DNA of 64,000 nt from a virus: IMG/VR virus record IMGVR_UViG_3300042482_000679, one strand, 5' to 3'. The translations under genes were made by a program, and so were the position numbers. A model generated the notes under the pieces. The model saw only the letters and a program-made list of their open reading frames with translations, did not search any database and was not told the origin of the DNA. How positions within the stretch are numbered: position 1 is the first letter of the stretch; every line of letters begins with the position of its first letter. Shown here piece after piece: positions 56,406 through 64,000 of this stretch.

Positions 56406-57641
56406 CTATTTTTTCTTGTAAATAATTTCTTTGTGGATTTTGAATGGTCCGTATTTTTTCTCCATCAATAAACGGTGAAGTTCCCAATTGATAATGGATT
56501 CGTTTGTTTGTCCATCATCTTTCGCCATATCATAAAGTTTGGCAATTTTTCTAATCATTTTATCGGCAATCATATTAAACTTTTTGATTTCGTATTTAAA
56601 AAATTTGATTGGGTTGTTTTCAAATCTAAGAACAAATTTTTGAAAGTTTTCTTTGATTTTATCAAGTTCCTCAGAATCCCCTAAAGATTGTCCAAGCATT
56701 GATGCTAACATAGATAATAGAGGGTCTGAACCCATTGGTCCATCTACGTATCTGTTAAACTTTTCAAGTTTTCTATTTGATAAGTTTATAAAGAATAAAC
56801 GTAAAACTTTTTCAACTTTTTCATCATCAGTCATTGTGGTAGGGTCCTCTTCCATAATTTCAGATATAAAAAAATCAACTCTTTCCATATTATCTTTAAT
56901 CCCTGAGACTAAATCTTCATACGTGAAATTTTTAATTTCCTGTAATTTTTGGAATGTCTTATCCTTTTTCAAAAAGTCTAAAAACTGTGATTTTGTAATA
57001 TTTTTCGTTCTTATGTTAGATGCGACTTCACTAGGTCTAACCAAATTTTCAGCAACGGTAGTAAAATATAAAAAGTGTATAAATTTTTCGTCAAGTACAT
57101 CAATCCTAAATGGTGGCATATCACCGATAGCATTATATTCAGCATCGTGCCCAATTAAACCCTTTCGACTAACTTGTTTATCGTATTTGTGTTTTAATTC
57201 GTGAGCAATTGACCCGATATATTCATCTCTATCAGATTCAAACTCTTGGGCTAATTGTTGCGGTTCCCATTCAGAGTTTACAATATAAGTTAAAGTAAAT
57301 GTTGCTTTTGATGATGGTTTAATAGTTTTTAACTTAATGTCTCTATCAAATCTAAAAGTTTGTGACATACCCATAGAGGCGATTTTCGGGTCCTCTTTGA
57401 ATTCATCAATCTCGTTAACCTCAACGATGAGTTTATAACTATCAAGATATATTTTTTGTTTATAACCTAATGTTATATCAATGTCACCATAAAATTCGTA
57501 TTCATCTTTTTTTTGACGAATACTTTTTAAGTCGTTTAAAATCATTCCATAAACTTCTTCGGCGGCTTCCAAAATAGATTCAGGAACCCCTAAAGCTTCA
57601 TTAATTAAGTTGTACTGACTTTCGGTGATAATATACTTCAT
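56406..57641 (-). CDS. Hypothetical late protein with HExxH motif
   Basis: SIAHELKHKYD; leader MKYIITESQYNLINE. Confidence 0.65.
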   Translation of the reverse strand: MKYIITESQYNLINEALGVPESILEAAEEVYGMILNDLKSIRQKKDEYEFYGDIDITLGYKQKIYLDSYKLIVEVNEIDEFKEDPKIASMGMSQTFRFDRDIKLKTIKPSSKATFTLTYIVNSEWEPQQLAQEFESDRDEYIGSIAHELKHKYDKQVSRKGLIGHDAEYNAIGDMPPFRIDVLDEKFIHFLYFTTVAENLVRPSEVASNIRTKNITKSQFLDFLKKDKTFQKLQEIKNFTYEDLVSGIKDNMERVDFFISEIMEEDPTTMTDDEKVEKVLRLFFINLSNRKLEKFNRYVDGPMGSDPLLSMLASMLGQSLGDSEELDKIKENFQKFVLRFENNPIKFFKYEIKKFNMIADKMIRKIAKLYDMAKDDGQTNESIINWELHRLLMEKKYGPFKIHKEIIYKKK

Positions 57642-57655
57642 ACTATTAAATAGTA

Positions 57656-57820
57656 TTATTGGTCTCTTTCATCTAATATTTGAAGGTACAATGATTCTGT
57701 CATAAGATGGCCACTTTGTTTGCCTACTAAATCACAAAAAAGACCTTTTTGTAAAATAGAATAGTCCTTGGGGTCAATAATCACCCAAGGACCTTCGTTT
57801 CTAATGTCGTTACGTTTCAT
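57656..57820 (-). CDS. Hypothetical protein (54 aa; not in the ORF track)
   Basis: MKRNDIRNEGPWVIIDP...; TAATG junction. Confidence 0.5.
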   Translation of the reverse strand: MKRNDIRNEGPWVIIDPKDYSILQKGLFCDLVGKQSGHLMTESLYLQILDERDQ

Positions 57821-57957
57821 TATGGTTGTGTTAATACCAAAAATACGGCAACAATTCCAATCACCAATAGTCCCAAAAAAGCCATTGCTAGACTAAATTC
57901 AACTTGGTCTTTTGTTTTACCTTGCCAATCTTCAGGGTTCCATTCTTCTTTTTTCAT
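57820..57957 (-). CDS. Small membrane protein (45 aa; not in the ORF track)
   Basis: MKKEEWNPEDWQGK...LAMAFLGLLVIGIVAVFLVL; overlaps both neighbours. Confidence 0.6.
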   Translation of the reverse strand: MKKEEWNPEDWQGKTKDQVEFSLAMAFLGLLVIGIVAVFLVLTQP

Positions 57958-58388
57958 ACTGTATGTTCCCATTGAACTCTCACACAATTTTGTGGGAGAC
58001 GGTTTAGATGTCTATAATTATTAATGTACCCCATCATATTTGCCGAACCAACAGCATTTGCCGAGTGAACAACCACATCAACAACAGGTTTTCCGTCCAA
58101 CCATTGGTTAACCAACCACTTTGTACAATCCATACCAGTTTTTTCAGTGATATTGTCGTAATTGATTGCGTAGTTTTTTGTTACACCATATAACCACTCA
58201 CTCATTGCACTATCACCTAAATCGTGGTCCAAAGAAATAAGTTCGATGTTTTCTAAACCAATTTTGTTAATTGTTTGGACAAACTCATCATAAGAACGAA
58301 CAACAGTCCATTCAGGGATTCCATTAACCCACTCATTATTCGGACTCACAGGAGTTCTAACATCATCAAGATAGATACGGTGTTTCAT
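57954..58388 (-). CDS. Cyclic-phosphate-processing receiver-like domain protein
   Basis: IYLDDVR, VVRSYDEF, ISLDHDLG, TGMD...WL, VHSAN..G. Confidence 0.8.
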   Translation of the reverse strand: MKHRIYLDDVRTPVSPNNEWVNGIPEWTVVRSYDEFVQTINKIGLENIELISLDHDLGDSAMSEWLYGVTKNYAINYDNITEKTGMDCTKWLVNQWLDGKPVVDVVVHSANAVGSANMMGYINNYRHLNRLPQNCVRVQWEHTV

Positions 58389-58404
58389 ATTTGTAGTTTT
58401 TAAT

Positions 58405-58498
58405 AATCACATCGTACAGGCATTCTACTCCCAGCTCCGAGGAATTGTATCTAACTTAGCCCTTCTCCACCGCTGTACGGGTACCTGAAGATATGATT
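58405..58498 (-). ncRNA. Candidate structured ncRNA (unclassified)
   Basis: Terminal helices AATCATAT/ATGTGATT and CGTACAG/CTGTACG enclosing a GC-rich core. Confidence 0.45.
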
Positions 58499-58500
58499 TG

Positions 58501-58572
58501 TAGCCCGACGGGGAATCGAACCCCGCTCTCGTCCGTGAAAGGGACGTGTCCTGACCGATAGACGACCGGGCC
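58501..58572 (-). tRNA. tRNA-Glu(TTC)
   Basis: GGCCCGG/TCGGGCT, CGTCC-CTTTCAC-GGACG. Confidence 0.93.
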
Positions 58573-58588
58573 AAATTAAGATAAGTTG

Positions 58589-58662
58589 TGGACCGTGGGA
58601 GACTCGAACTCCCGACCCCCTGCGTGCAAGGCAGGTGCTCTAGCCAACTGAGCTAACAGCCC
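58589..58662 (-). tRNA. tRNA-Ala(TGC)
   Basis: GGGCTGT/ACGGTCC (G3:U70), CCTGC-CTTGCAC-GCAGG. Confidence 0.95.
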
Positions 58663-58724
58663 GAAAAGAGAACCCGGGCCCAGCGTGCCAATCTTTCAGG
58701 AAGGGCCCTTTTCAAGGTTCTTTG

Positions 58725-58799
58725 TTGCGGGGGTGGGATTCGAACCCACGTGATTCAGCTTATGAGACTGAGCTGGAACCTTCTCCAGTCCACCCCGCT
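58725..58799 (-). tRNA. tRNA-Met(CAT), atypical initiator-like
   Basis: A-GCGGGG/CCCCGC-A with 1:72 mismatch, TCAGT-CTCATAA-GCTGA, unusual D arm. Confidence 0.85.
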
Positions 58800-58805
58800 A
58801 TGTTG

Positions 58806-58877
58806 CGGTCCCACGGGGAATCGAACCCCGAACTCAGCCGTGACAGGGCTGCATTATAGCCGTTTAACTATGAGACC
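58806..58877 (-). tRNA. tRNA-Asp(GTC)
   Basis: GGTCTCA/TGGGACC, CAGCC-CTGTCAC-GGCTG. Confidence 0.95.
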
Positions 58878-58889
58878 TAAATGACTTTA

Positions 58890-58920
58890 CAAAGATAATA
58901 CATATTTTGTAAAAATCAAA
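58890..58920 (-). promoter_or_regulatory. Bacteroidota-type promoter for the minus-strand tRNA operon
   Basis: TTTG - 19 nt - TATCTTTG on the minus strand. Confidence 0.75.
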
Positions 58921-58952
58921 AAAACTTTTTTTTTTATTAAAAAAACGTGTTT

Positions 58953-59993
58953 TTACTGTTCTTCATATGGAGCATACTCAATTTCTTCAGGTAAAGCTTC
59001 ATTGTTCCAGGCAGCGTCGGGAATTACCATTTCATCGGTGTTTCTCAAACCCCTTACTCTTTCAAGAATATTTTCCATTGAGATTTCAGGGATATCACGT
59101 AAATCCACATTAACCATTGGTACTTCCTCCATTATTTCTCCCTCATATGGTTGTTTCTCAATTTTTACTATTCGATTAAACCCTTCATTGAAGACTTCAG
59201 AATTAGATTCTAAATTGGTGATAATTTGATTGTTATCAATCTTACTTTTTATCCACATAAAAATATCCAAATCTAACTGAGTGTCGGTAAAATCAACTCT
59301 ATTATCTGCTGAGTTCCAAAATGATGAAATCACCTCACCTCTATCTCTAACGTCTTTATCATAAAACCAAGCAACTTTGTATCCTGTGTTTTTATTGATA
59401 ATATAAAGTAATGAACCTTTTTTACCATATCTGTAAAAATGTTCAGCTTCTGAAGATGCTGCGGTACACCATTTGGTTGATGCTCCATACTTACAAGATG
59501 ACTCCCAAGTTAAAGGTCTAATTACCAACCAAGTGTCATTTTCAAATTCTCGAACAATTTGTTTCTCAAACTCTTTTTTTTCATCTTTCAATGAAAGTAA
59601 TGACAGATATGAATTGAGCTCCTCAATATCAGTGATGTGTGTGGTGTCCAATCCTTTTGGATTATATCTTTCACATTGCTCCATAAAATCAACAACCATT
59701 CTTACATCAGCGTGTGAAAATAAATCCAGAAATCTCCAATATAATACGACTGCAATATCAGATAAATTATTTATTTGTTCAGGTTTGACAATTTTCCTTC
59801 CAATTAATAACTCTTCTCGGATTTCTTTAATCTCATTTTTACCGTAATTTTTGGTCATCATTTTCCCAAAAACATTAATCATCATTGGGACATACTTTTT
59901 GGTTTTGGTGTTATCCATATTTGTTATGAAGTCTAACAAACTCATATTTAACCAATCAGGTCCGTTCTCTTTAAAATCTTTAATTCTAGCCAT
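58953..59993 (-). CDS. Hypothetical protein with PcfJ-like TKWCT module
   Basis: WLVIRPLTWESSCKYGASTKWCT; ATG at 59993 after TTTG-N20-TATGTTTG (60012-60043). Confidence 0.65.
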   Translation of the reverse strand: MARIKDFKENGPDWLNMSLLDFITNMDNTKTKKYVPMMINVFGKMMTKNYGKNEIKEIREELLIGRKIVKPEQINNLSDIAVVLYWRFLDLFSHADVRMVVDFMEQCERYNPKGLDTTHITDIEELNSYLSLLSLKDEKKEFEKQIVREFENDTWLVIRPLTWESSCKYGASTKWCTAASSEAEHFYRYGKKGSLLYIINKNTGYKVAWFYDKDVRDRGEVISSFWNSADNRVDFTDTQLDLDIFMWIKSKIDNNQIITNLESNSEVFNEGFNRIVKIEKQPYEGEIMEEVPMVNVDLRDIPEISMENILERVRGLRNTDEMVIPDAAWNNEALPEEIEYAPYEEQ

Positions 59994-60093
59994 CGTATGA
60001 AGTATTTTTTTCAAACATACATAAAATTAAAGTTTTGGTCAAATAAAATCTCAAACAACATTATTCACAAGGACTATTTATACTTAAAAACGT

Positions 60094-61671
60094 ATGCCGA
60101 CTACAAGACCTTTTGCATATAATACAGGCTCAACAATATCAGGGACAGAACAAATTGGTAATTTATCCATTGCTCAAAATGATAGAGATTTTTCACAAAA
60201 CTATGGTGGTGTAAGATGGTGGATGGGACCTGATGAAGATTTGGGTTATGTAATTGCTACGGATAATCCTGCAAATGACCAACCAACTGAACCAGGTATT
60301 AATCCCCCATTTGGTGACGTTACTTTTTGGAGAACGGATGTTTTTACAGATTTAGCGTTTATTCAATTATCACAAGTAATCTCAAGAGAAAATGGTACAC
60401 CTCAAACATTTGCCACGACAGATGACGCAAAAACTTGGTTAAATAGTAACGGTTATTGGACATCATATGTTTTACCGTTATCAACACCTACTCCAACACC
60501 AACTCAAACTTCCACACCTACTTCCACACCAACGCAAACACCAACTAATACCGTAACAAACACGCCAACTAATACAGCAACAAACACACCAACTAATACC
60601 GCAACTAATACGCCAACTCAAACACCAACCAATACCGCAACTAACACACCATCATCAACAGAAACTCCAACACCAACGCCAACCAATACCGCAACTAATA
60701 CGCCAACTCAAACACCAACTAATACAATAACAAATACACCTACAGTAACACCAACTAATACTGAAACAGGAACACCAACTCCTACACCAACCATTACATT
60801 AACTCCAACAAATACTAACACACCAACACCATCTACAACACCAAGTATTGTAACTTCAGGTTTGGTTATTCAACTTGACGCATATGAAAGCTCAAGTTAT
60901 CCAGGAACAGGAACAACTGTTTTTGATATTACAGGTGGATATGACCACACATTAATTGGTGCAACATACACAGTTCTTAATGGTATAAAATGTTTTGATT
61001 GTACAACAGGAAATAATAGAGTTGATTACAACTTAACAGGACCTTTATTACCAAATTCAGGATACACATATATTACTTGGGCAAGATTGATACCTAGTAA
61101 TGCTGGGTTTAGAACAGTACTTTATACAAAGGGTCCTCCTAAAATCACACCAATTACTATACCTAATGGAACAAACACATTAGGATATTGGGCAACAGGA
61201 TTTGTAAGTTCAGGATATGATGTTTCATCTTCGGCAGGTGTTTGGGTTCAGTTTGCCGTAGTCGGGACTAACTCATCTCAAAAATTCTACATAAATGGTT
61301 CACAGGTGGGAAGTACAATCAATGAGGGTGCTGGTGGAACTAGACACTGGGGATGGGGTAATAATGATATCGTTGTACAACCTTGGGGTCATGTTGCCAA
61401 CATGTATTTCTATAACAGACAATTAAATCTTACTGAAATAACACAACAATACAATTATTTAGCGCCAAGATTTGCGGAAATAACCCCAACACCAACTAAT
61501 ACATCAACCCCTACAGTAACACCAACAACAACGAGCACACCAACTGTGACACCAACTAATACTTTAACTCCAACTCCAACACCAACGCCAACCGAACCAT
61601 TCTTTATTTTAATTCAAAGTGGTGACATATTAACCGCTCAAGATGGTAGTGGAATAGAATATCAACATTAA
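60094..61671 (+). CDS. Thr/Pro-repeat protein with LamG/concanavalin A-like domain (putative fibre or adhesin)
   Basis: GLVIQLDA...SYPGTGT...KFYING...[14 protein letters not shown]; TPTNT tracts; late motif upstream. Confidence 0.8.
   Translation: MPTTRPFAYNTGSTISGTEQIGNLSIAQNDRDFSQNYGGVRWWMGPDEDLGYVIATDNPANDQPTEPGINPPFGDVTFWRTDVFTDLAFIQLSQVISRENGTPQTFATTDDAKTWLNSNGYWTSYVLPLSTPTPTPTQTSTPTSTPTQTPTNTVTNTPTNTATNTPTNTATNTPTQTPTNTATNTPSSTETPTPTPTNTATNTPTQTPTNTITNTPTVTPTNTETGTPTPTPTITLTPTNTNTPTPSTTPSIVTSGLVIQLDAYESSSYPGTGTTVFDITGGYDHTLIGATYTVLNGIKCFDCTTGNNRVDYNLTGPLLPNSGYTYITWARLIPSNAGFRTVLYTKGPPKITPITIPNGTNTLGYWATGFVSSGYDVSSSAGVWVQFAVVGTNSSQKFYINGSQVGSTINEGAGGTRHWGWGNNDIVVQPWGHVANMYFYNRQLNLTEITQQYNYLAPRFAEITPTPTNTSTPTVTPTTTSTPTVTPTNTLTPTPTPTPTEPFFILIQSGDILTAQDGSGIEYQH
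60481..60843 (+). repeat. Coding TPTNTATN-type tandem repeat
   Basis: Degenerate 12/24/36-nt units; 77 nt identical to 63483-63559. Confidence 0.85.
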
Positions 61672-61688
61672 AACTAATATTTATAGAA

Positions 61689-62195
61689 ATGGCAAACGTA
61701 CAAATAGCAAATTTACCGACATACACAGGAAACACAAATGGTGCTTTTCTTGTTATGAACAATAGTGGGAACACAGAATCATTTAAAGTAACCAAAGAAA
61801 CATTATTTAACGGGTATTCGCAAAATGCGATATCACCCGTAATAGGAAGTTGGACCTTATCTGCAGGTACAAATACTGTTAGTTTTACAGTTCCTCAGGG
61901 TCAATCATATGTTATGTGGGTGAATGGAAATATTCCAAGCGGTATTGTTAATTGGAATGCAACAGTAACACTATCAAACAATAATGTACCTGTAATAGGT
62001 GTTCAGTATGGTTGGTATTATCTTGATGGAAATGCTTTGGTTTTAACATCAATACCAAGTCAGATAGTCGGAACTGCGGGAAGTATTAGTACCTCATCTC
62101 CAGCGGTTTCAAATACAAATACCTTTACATTTGGTATAACCAATAACAGTGGTACACCACAAATAGTTGATTACGGATATGTTAAAGTAAGTTAA
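61689..62195 (+). CDS. Putative virion structural protein
   Basis: MANVQIANLP N-terminus, beta-rich, TATTTATA 3 nt upstream. Confidence 0.65.
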   Translation: MANVQIANLPTYTGNTNGAFLVMNNSGNTESFKVTKETLFNGYSQNAISPVIGSWTLSAGTNTVSFTVPQGQSYVMWVNGNIPSGIVNWNATVTLSNNNVPVIGVQYGWYYLDGNALVLTSIPSQIVGTAGSISTSSPAVSNTNTFTFGITNNSGTPQIVDYGYVKVS

Positions 62196-62267
62196 TTGGG
62201 ACAAGATTAAATTGTATCACAACCAATTATTAGTGTATAAAATATTTAATAAAAAACAATCGCAAGT

Positions 62268-64000
62268 ATGCCAACTATAATACCAATAGCTTACAATAAC
62301 TCAGGTATACCAATACCTGGAACTACTCAAATCGGAGATTTATCAATTGCAGATACTGCACAAGACTACGGAGCATATCCTGATGGTTATACATTTTGGG
62401 CAACACCTGACTTAGATTTACATTATGCTGTGGCTTATCCGGTACCCGCAGGAAATCATCCAAACCCATTGAGTATTCCTTGTTATGTTGGATTTTTCAA
62501 ATCACCAATTAAATCTGAAAGTTCATTTCTTGAGTTGGCAAATTATATCGCAAACAAAGACAATGACCCACAAAACTTTACAAATGGTAATGACGCGAAA
62601 ACTTGGTTAAATAATAATGGATATTGGACATCTTATGCGAGCACTCTACTTATAAGTCTTGATTCAGGTAATCCAAGTTCATATTCAGGAACAGGGTCAA
62701 CTTGGTATGATATAAGTGGTTATGGTAACAACGCTACATTAGTAAATTCACCAACATATTCATCAAGTTATGATGGTGTATTACAGTTTGACGATGTGTC
62801 ATTAGAATATGGAACATTTAATGATTTAGGTAACTTAAGTCAATTTACAGTTGAGGCTTGGTTTAGACTAACAAGTTCTTTAACAGGAAAAGTATCTTCG
62901 ATTGTTTCCAACCAATATAACTCAAGTACTGCAGTTAATTTTAGTATAGGTACCAATAACTCACCTAACGATTATAATCTTTCCGTAGGTTTCTATGATA
63001 ACATTTGGTATAATACAACAGGATTTGTACCTCAGACAAACGTTTGGTATCAAGTCGTTGGGACTTATGATGGAACATCACTTCGTCAATACATTAATGG
63101 TCAAGCATCAGGAGGAACTATTAACATCTCAGCAAACCCAATTTCAGGTGGTAATAACAGATTAATGAGAAGATGGGATGAAACTCTATCATCAGGAAAC
63201 TTAATTGATGGTGATTTAGCGATTGTAAAAATTTATAGTGAAGCATTGTCATCATCTGATATTTTAGATAGTTATAACTCAACGTATACAAGATTTTTGG
63301 ATGTAACTCCTACTCCAACACCAACTCAAACTCAAACTTCCACACCTACTTCCACACCAACTAATACAGCAACAAACACACCAACAAACACACCAACCAA
63401 TACCGCAACTAACACTCCAACTCAAACGCCAACCAATACCGCAACTAATACGCCAACTCAAACACCAACTAATACTGCAACAAACACACCATCATCAACA
63501 GAAACTCCAACACCAACGCCAACCAATACCGCAACTAATACGCCAACTCAAACACCAACCAATACCGCAACTAATACGCCAACTCAAACACCAACTAATA
63601 CAATAACAAATACACCTACAGTAACACCAACCAATACTGCAACAAATACACCTACAGTAACACCAACCAATACCGCAACTAATACGCCAACTCAAACACC
63701 AACTAATACGCCAACACCTTCAGTAACACCTGAACCTGTAACAGGATATTCATTTAATTTAATTGTATTACCTTACAACTTCCCAGCTACAGGTAATACA
63801 ATTATGAACCAAGGTGCAGTCCAAACAGGAACTACCAACCCTAATGAATTGACTATAAGTGGTAGAGGAATATACTTCAATTCTATTGATTCTAACGGTA
63901 TAGATAGGGAAAGTTACTTCTCTCAATTTACTGGACAAAGTATTACTATTACAATGACTCAAACAGGAAGTACCGCGATTTACTCTGGTGATACAAATGC
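62268..64000 (+). CDS. Paralogue of 60094: N-domain, LamG-like domain, Thr/Pro repeat; 3'-truncated by the window edge
   Basis: [10 protein letters not shown]...[15 protein letters not shown] matches 60094 ([15 protein letters not shown]); FTVEAW...[10 protein letters not shown]...YING; frame open to the window end. Confidence 0.85.
   Translation, partial: MPTIIPIAYNNSGIPIPGTTQIGDLSIADTAQDYGAYPDGYTFWATPDLDLHYAVAYPVPAGNHPNPLSIPCYVGFFKSPIKSESSFLELANYIANKDNDPQNFTNGNDAKTWLNNNGYWTSYASTLLISLDSGNPSSYSGTGSTWYDISGYGNNATLVNSPTYSSSYDGVLQFDDVSLEYGTFNDLGNLSQFTVEAWFRLTSSLTGKVSSIVSNQYNSSTAVNFSIGTNNSPNDYNLSVGFYDNIWYNTTGFVPQTNVWYQVVGTYDGTSLRQYINGQASGGTINISANPISGGNNRLMRRWDETLSSGNLIDGDLAIVKIYSEALSSSDILDSYNSTYTRFLDVTPTPTPTQTQTSTPTSTPTNTATNTPTNTPTNTATNTPTQTPTNTATNTPTQTPTNTATNTPSSTETPTPTPTNTATNTPTQTPTNTATNTPTQTPTNTITNTPTVTPTNTATNTPTVTPTNTATNTPTQTPTNTPTPSVTPEPVTGYSFNLIVLPYNFPATGNTIMNQGAVQTGTTNPNELTISGRGIYFNSIDSNGIDRESYFSQFTGQSITITMTQTGSTAIYSGDTN
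63306..63730 (+). repeat. Coding TPTNTATN-type tandem repeat
   Basis: Repeated AATACCGCAACTAATACGCCAACTCAAACACCAAC units. Confidence 0.85.

Noticed and set aside
58405-58724. Theta/HDV-like or hammerhead ribozymes after the tRNAs
   Set aside because: No G start at the tRNA 3' end and no P1.1/P4/J4-2 arrangement; a plus-strand CTGAAGA lacks the matching GAAA core. Kept only as unclassified RNAs

Overview
This 64 kb window comes from a large, AT-rich T4-like (gp23/gp20/gp21/gp17/gp55-type) phage genome read in the standard genetic code. The host is very likely Bacteroidota: repeated TTTG-N19-20-TAnnTTTG promoters, no Shine-Dalgarno sequences, a Bacteroidota-type bS21 and a GGC tmRNA resume codon all point that way. 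In order, the window holds: (1) about 18 kb of glycosylation genes (several GT2/GT4 enzymes, a GT10 fucosyltransferase-like enzyme, Gmd, a short DegT aminotransferase, methyltransferases, and a sulfotransferase + CysC + HIGH nucleotidyltransferase + DUF2061 block), with dUTPase, a 3'-5' exonuclease and PhoH interspersed; (2) a late sigma factor and baseplate/structural genes; (3) the minus-strand head module (major capsid, scaffold, prohead protease, portal, large terminase) with an antisense ribosomal protein bS21 gene inside it; (4) a proteostasis block (tandem-UVR protein, ClpC lacking its N-domain, M28/M42-like peptidase, tmRNA with an unusual 21-residue tag); (5) ten tRNA genes with three structured spacer RNAs, RNA-repair-type HAD and cyclic-phosphate receiver genes, and small membrane proteins; (6) Thr/Pro-rich mucin-like LamG proteins. 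The best candidates for undescribed biology are the tmRNA/ClpC/UVR degradation circuit with its sigma54-like control region, a PAPS-dependent glycan sulfation pathway with a possible minimal ATP sulfurylase, a family of late proteins with capsid-targeting-like leaders, and the unclassified spacer RNAs. All calls were made by eye from motifs; no database searches were run.
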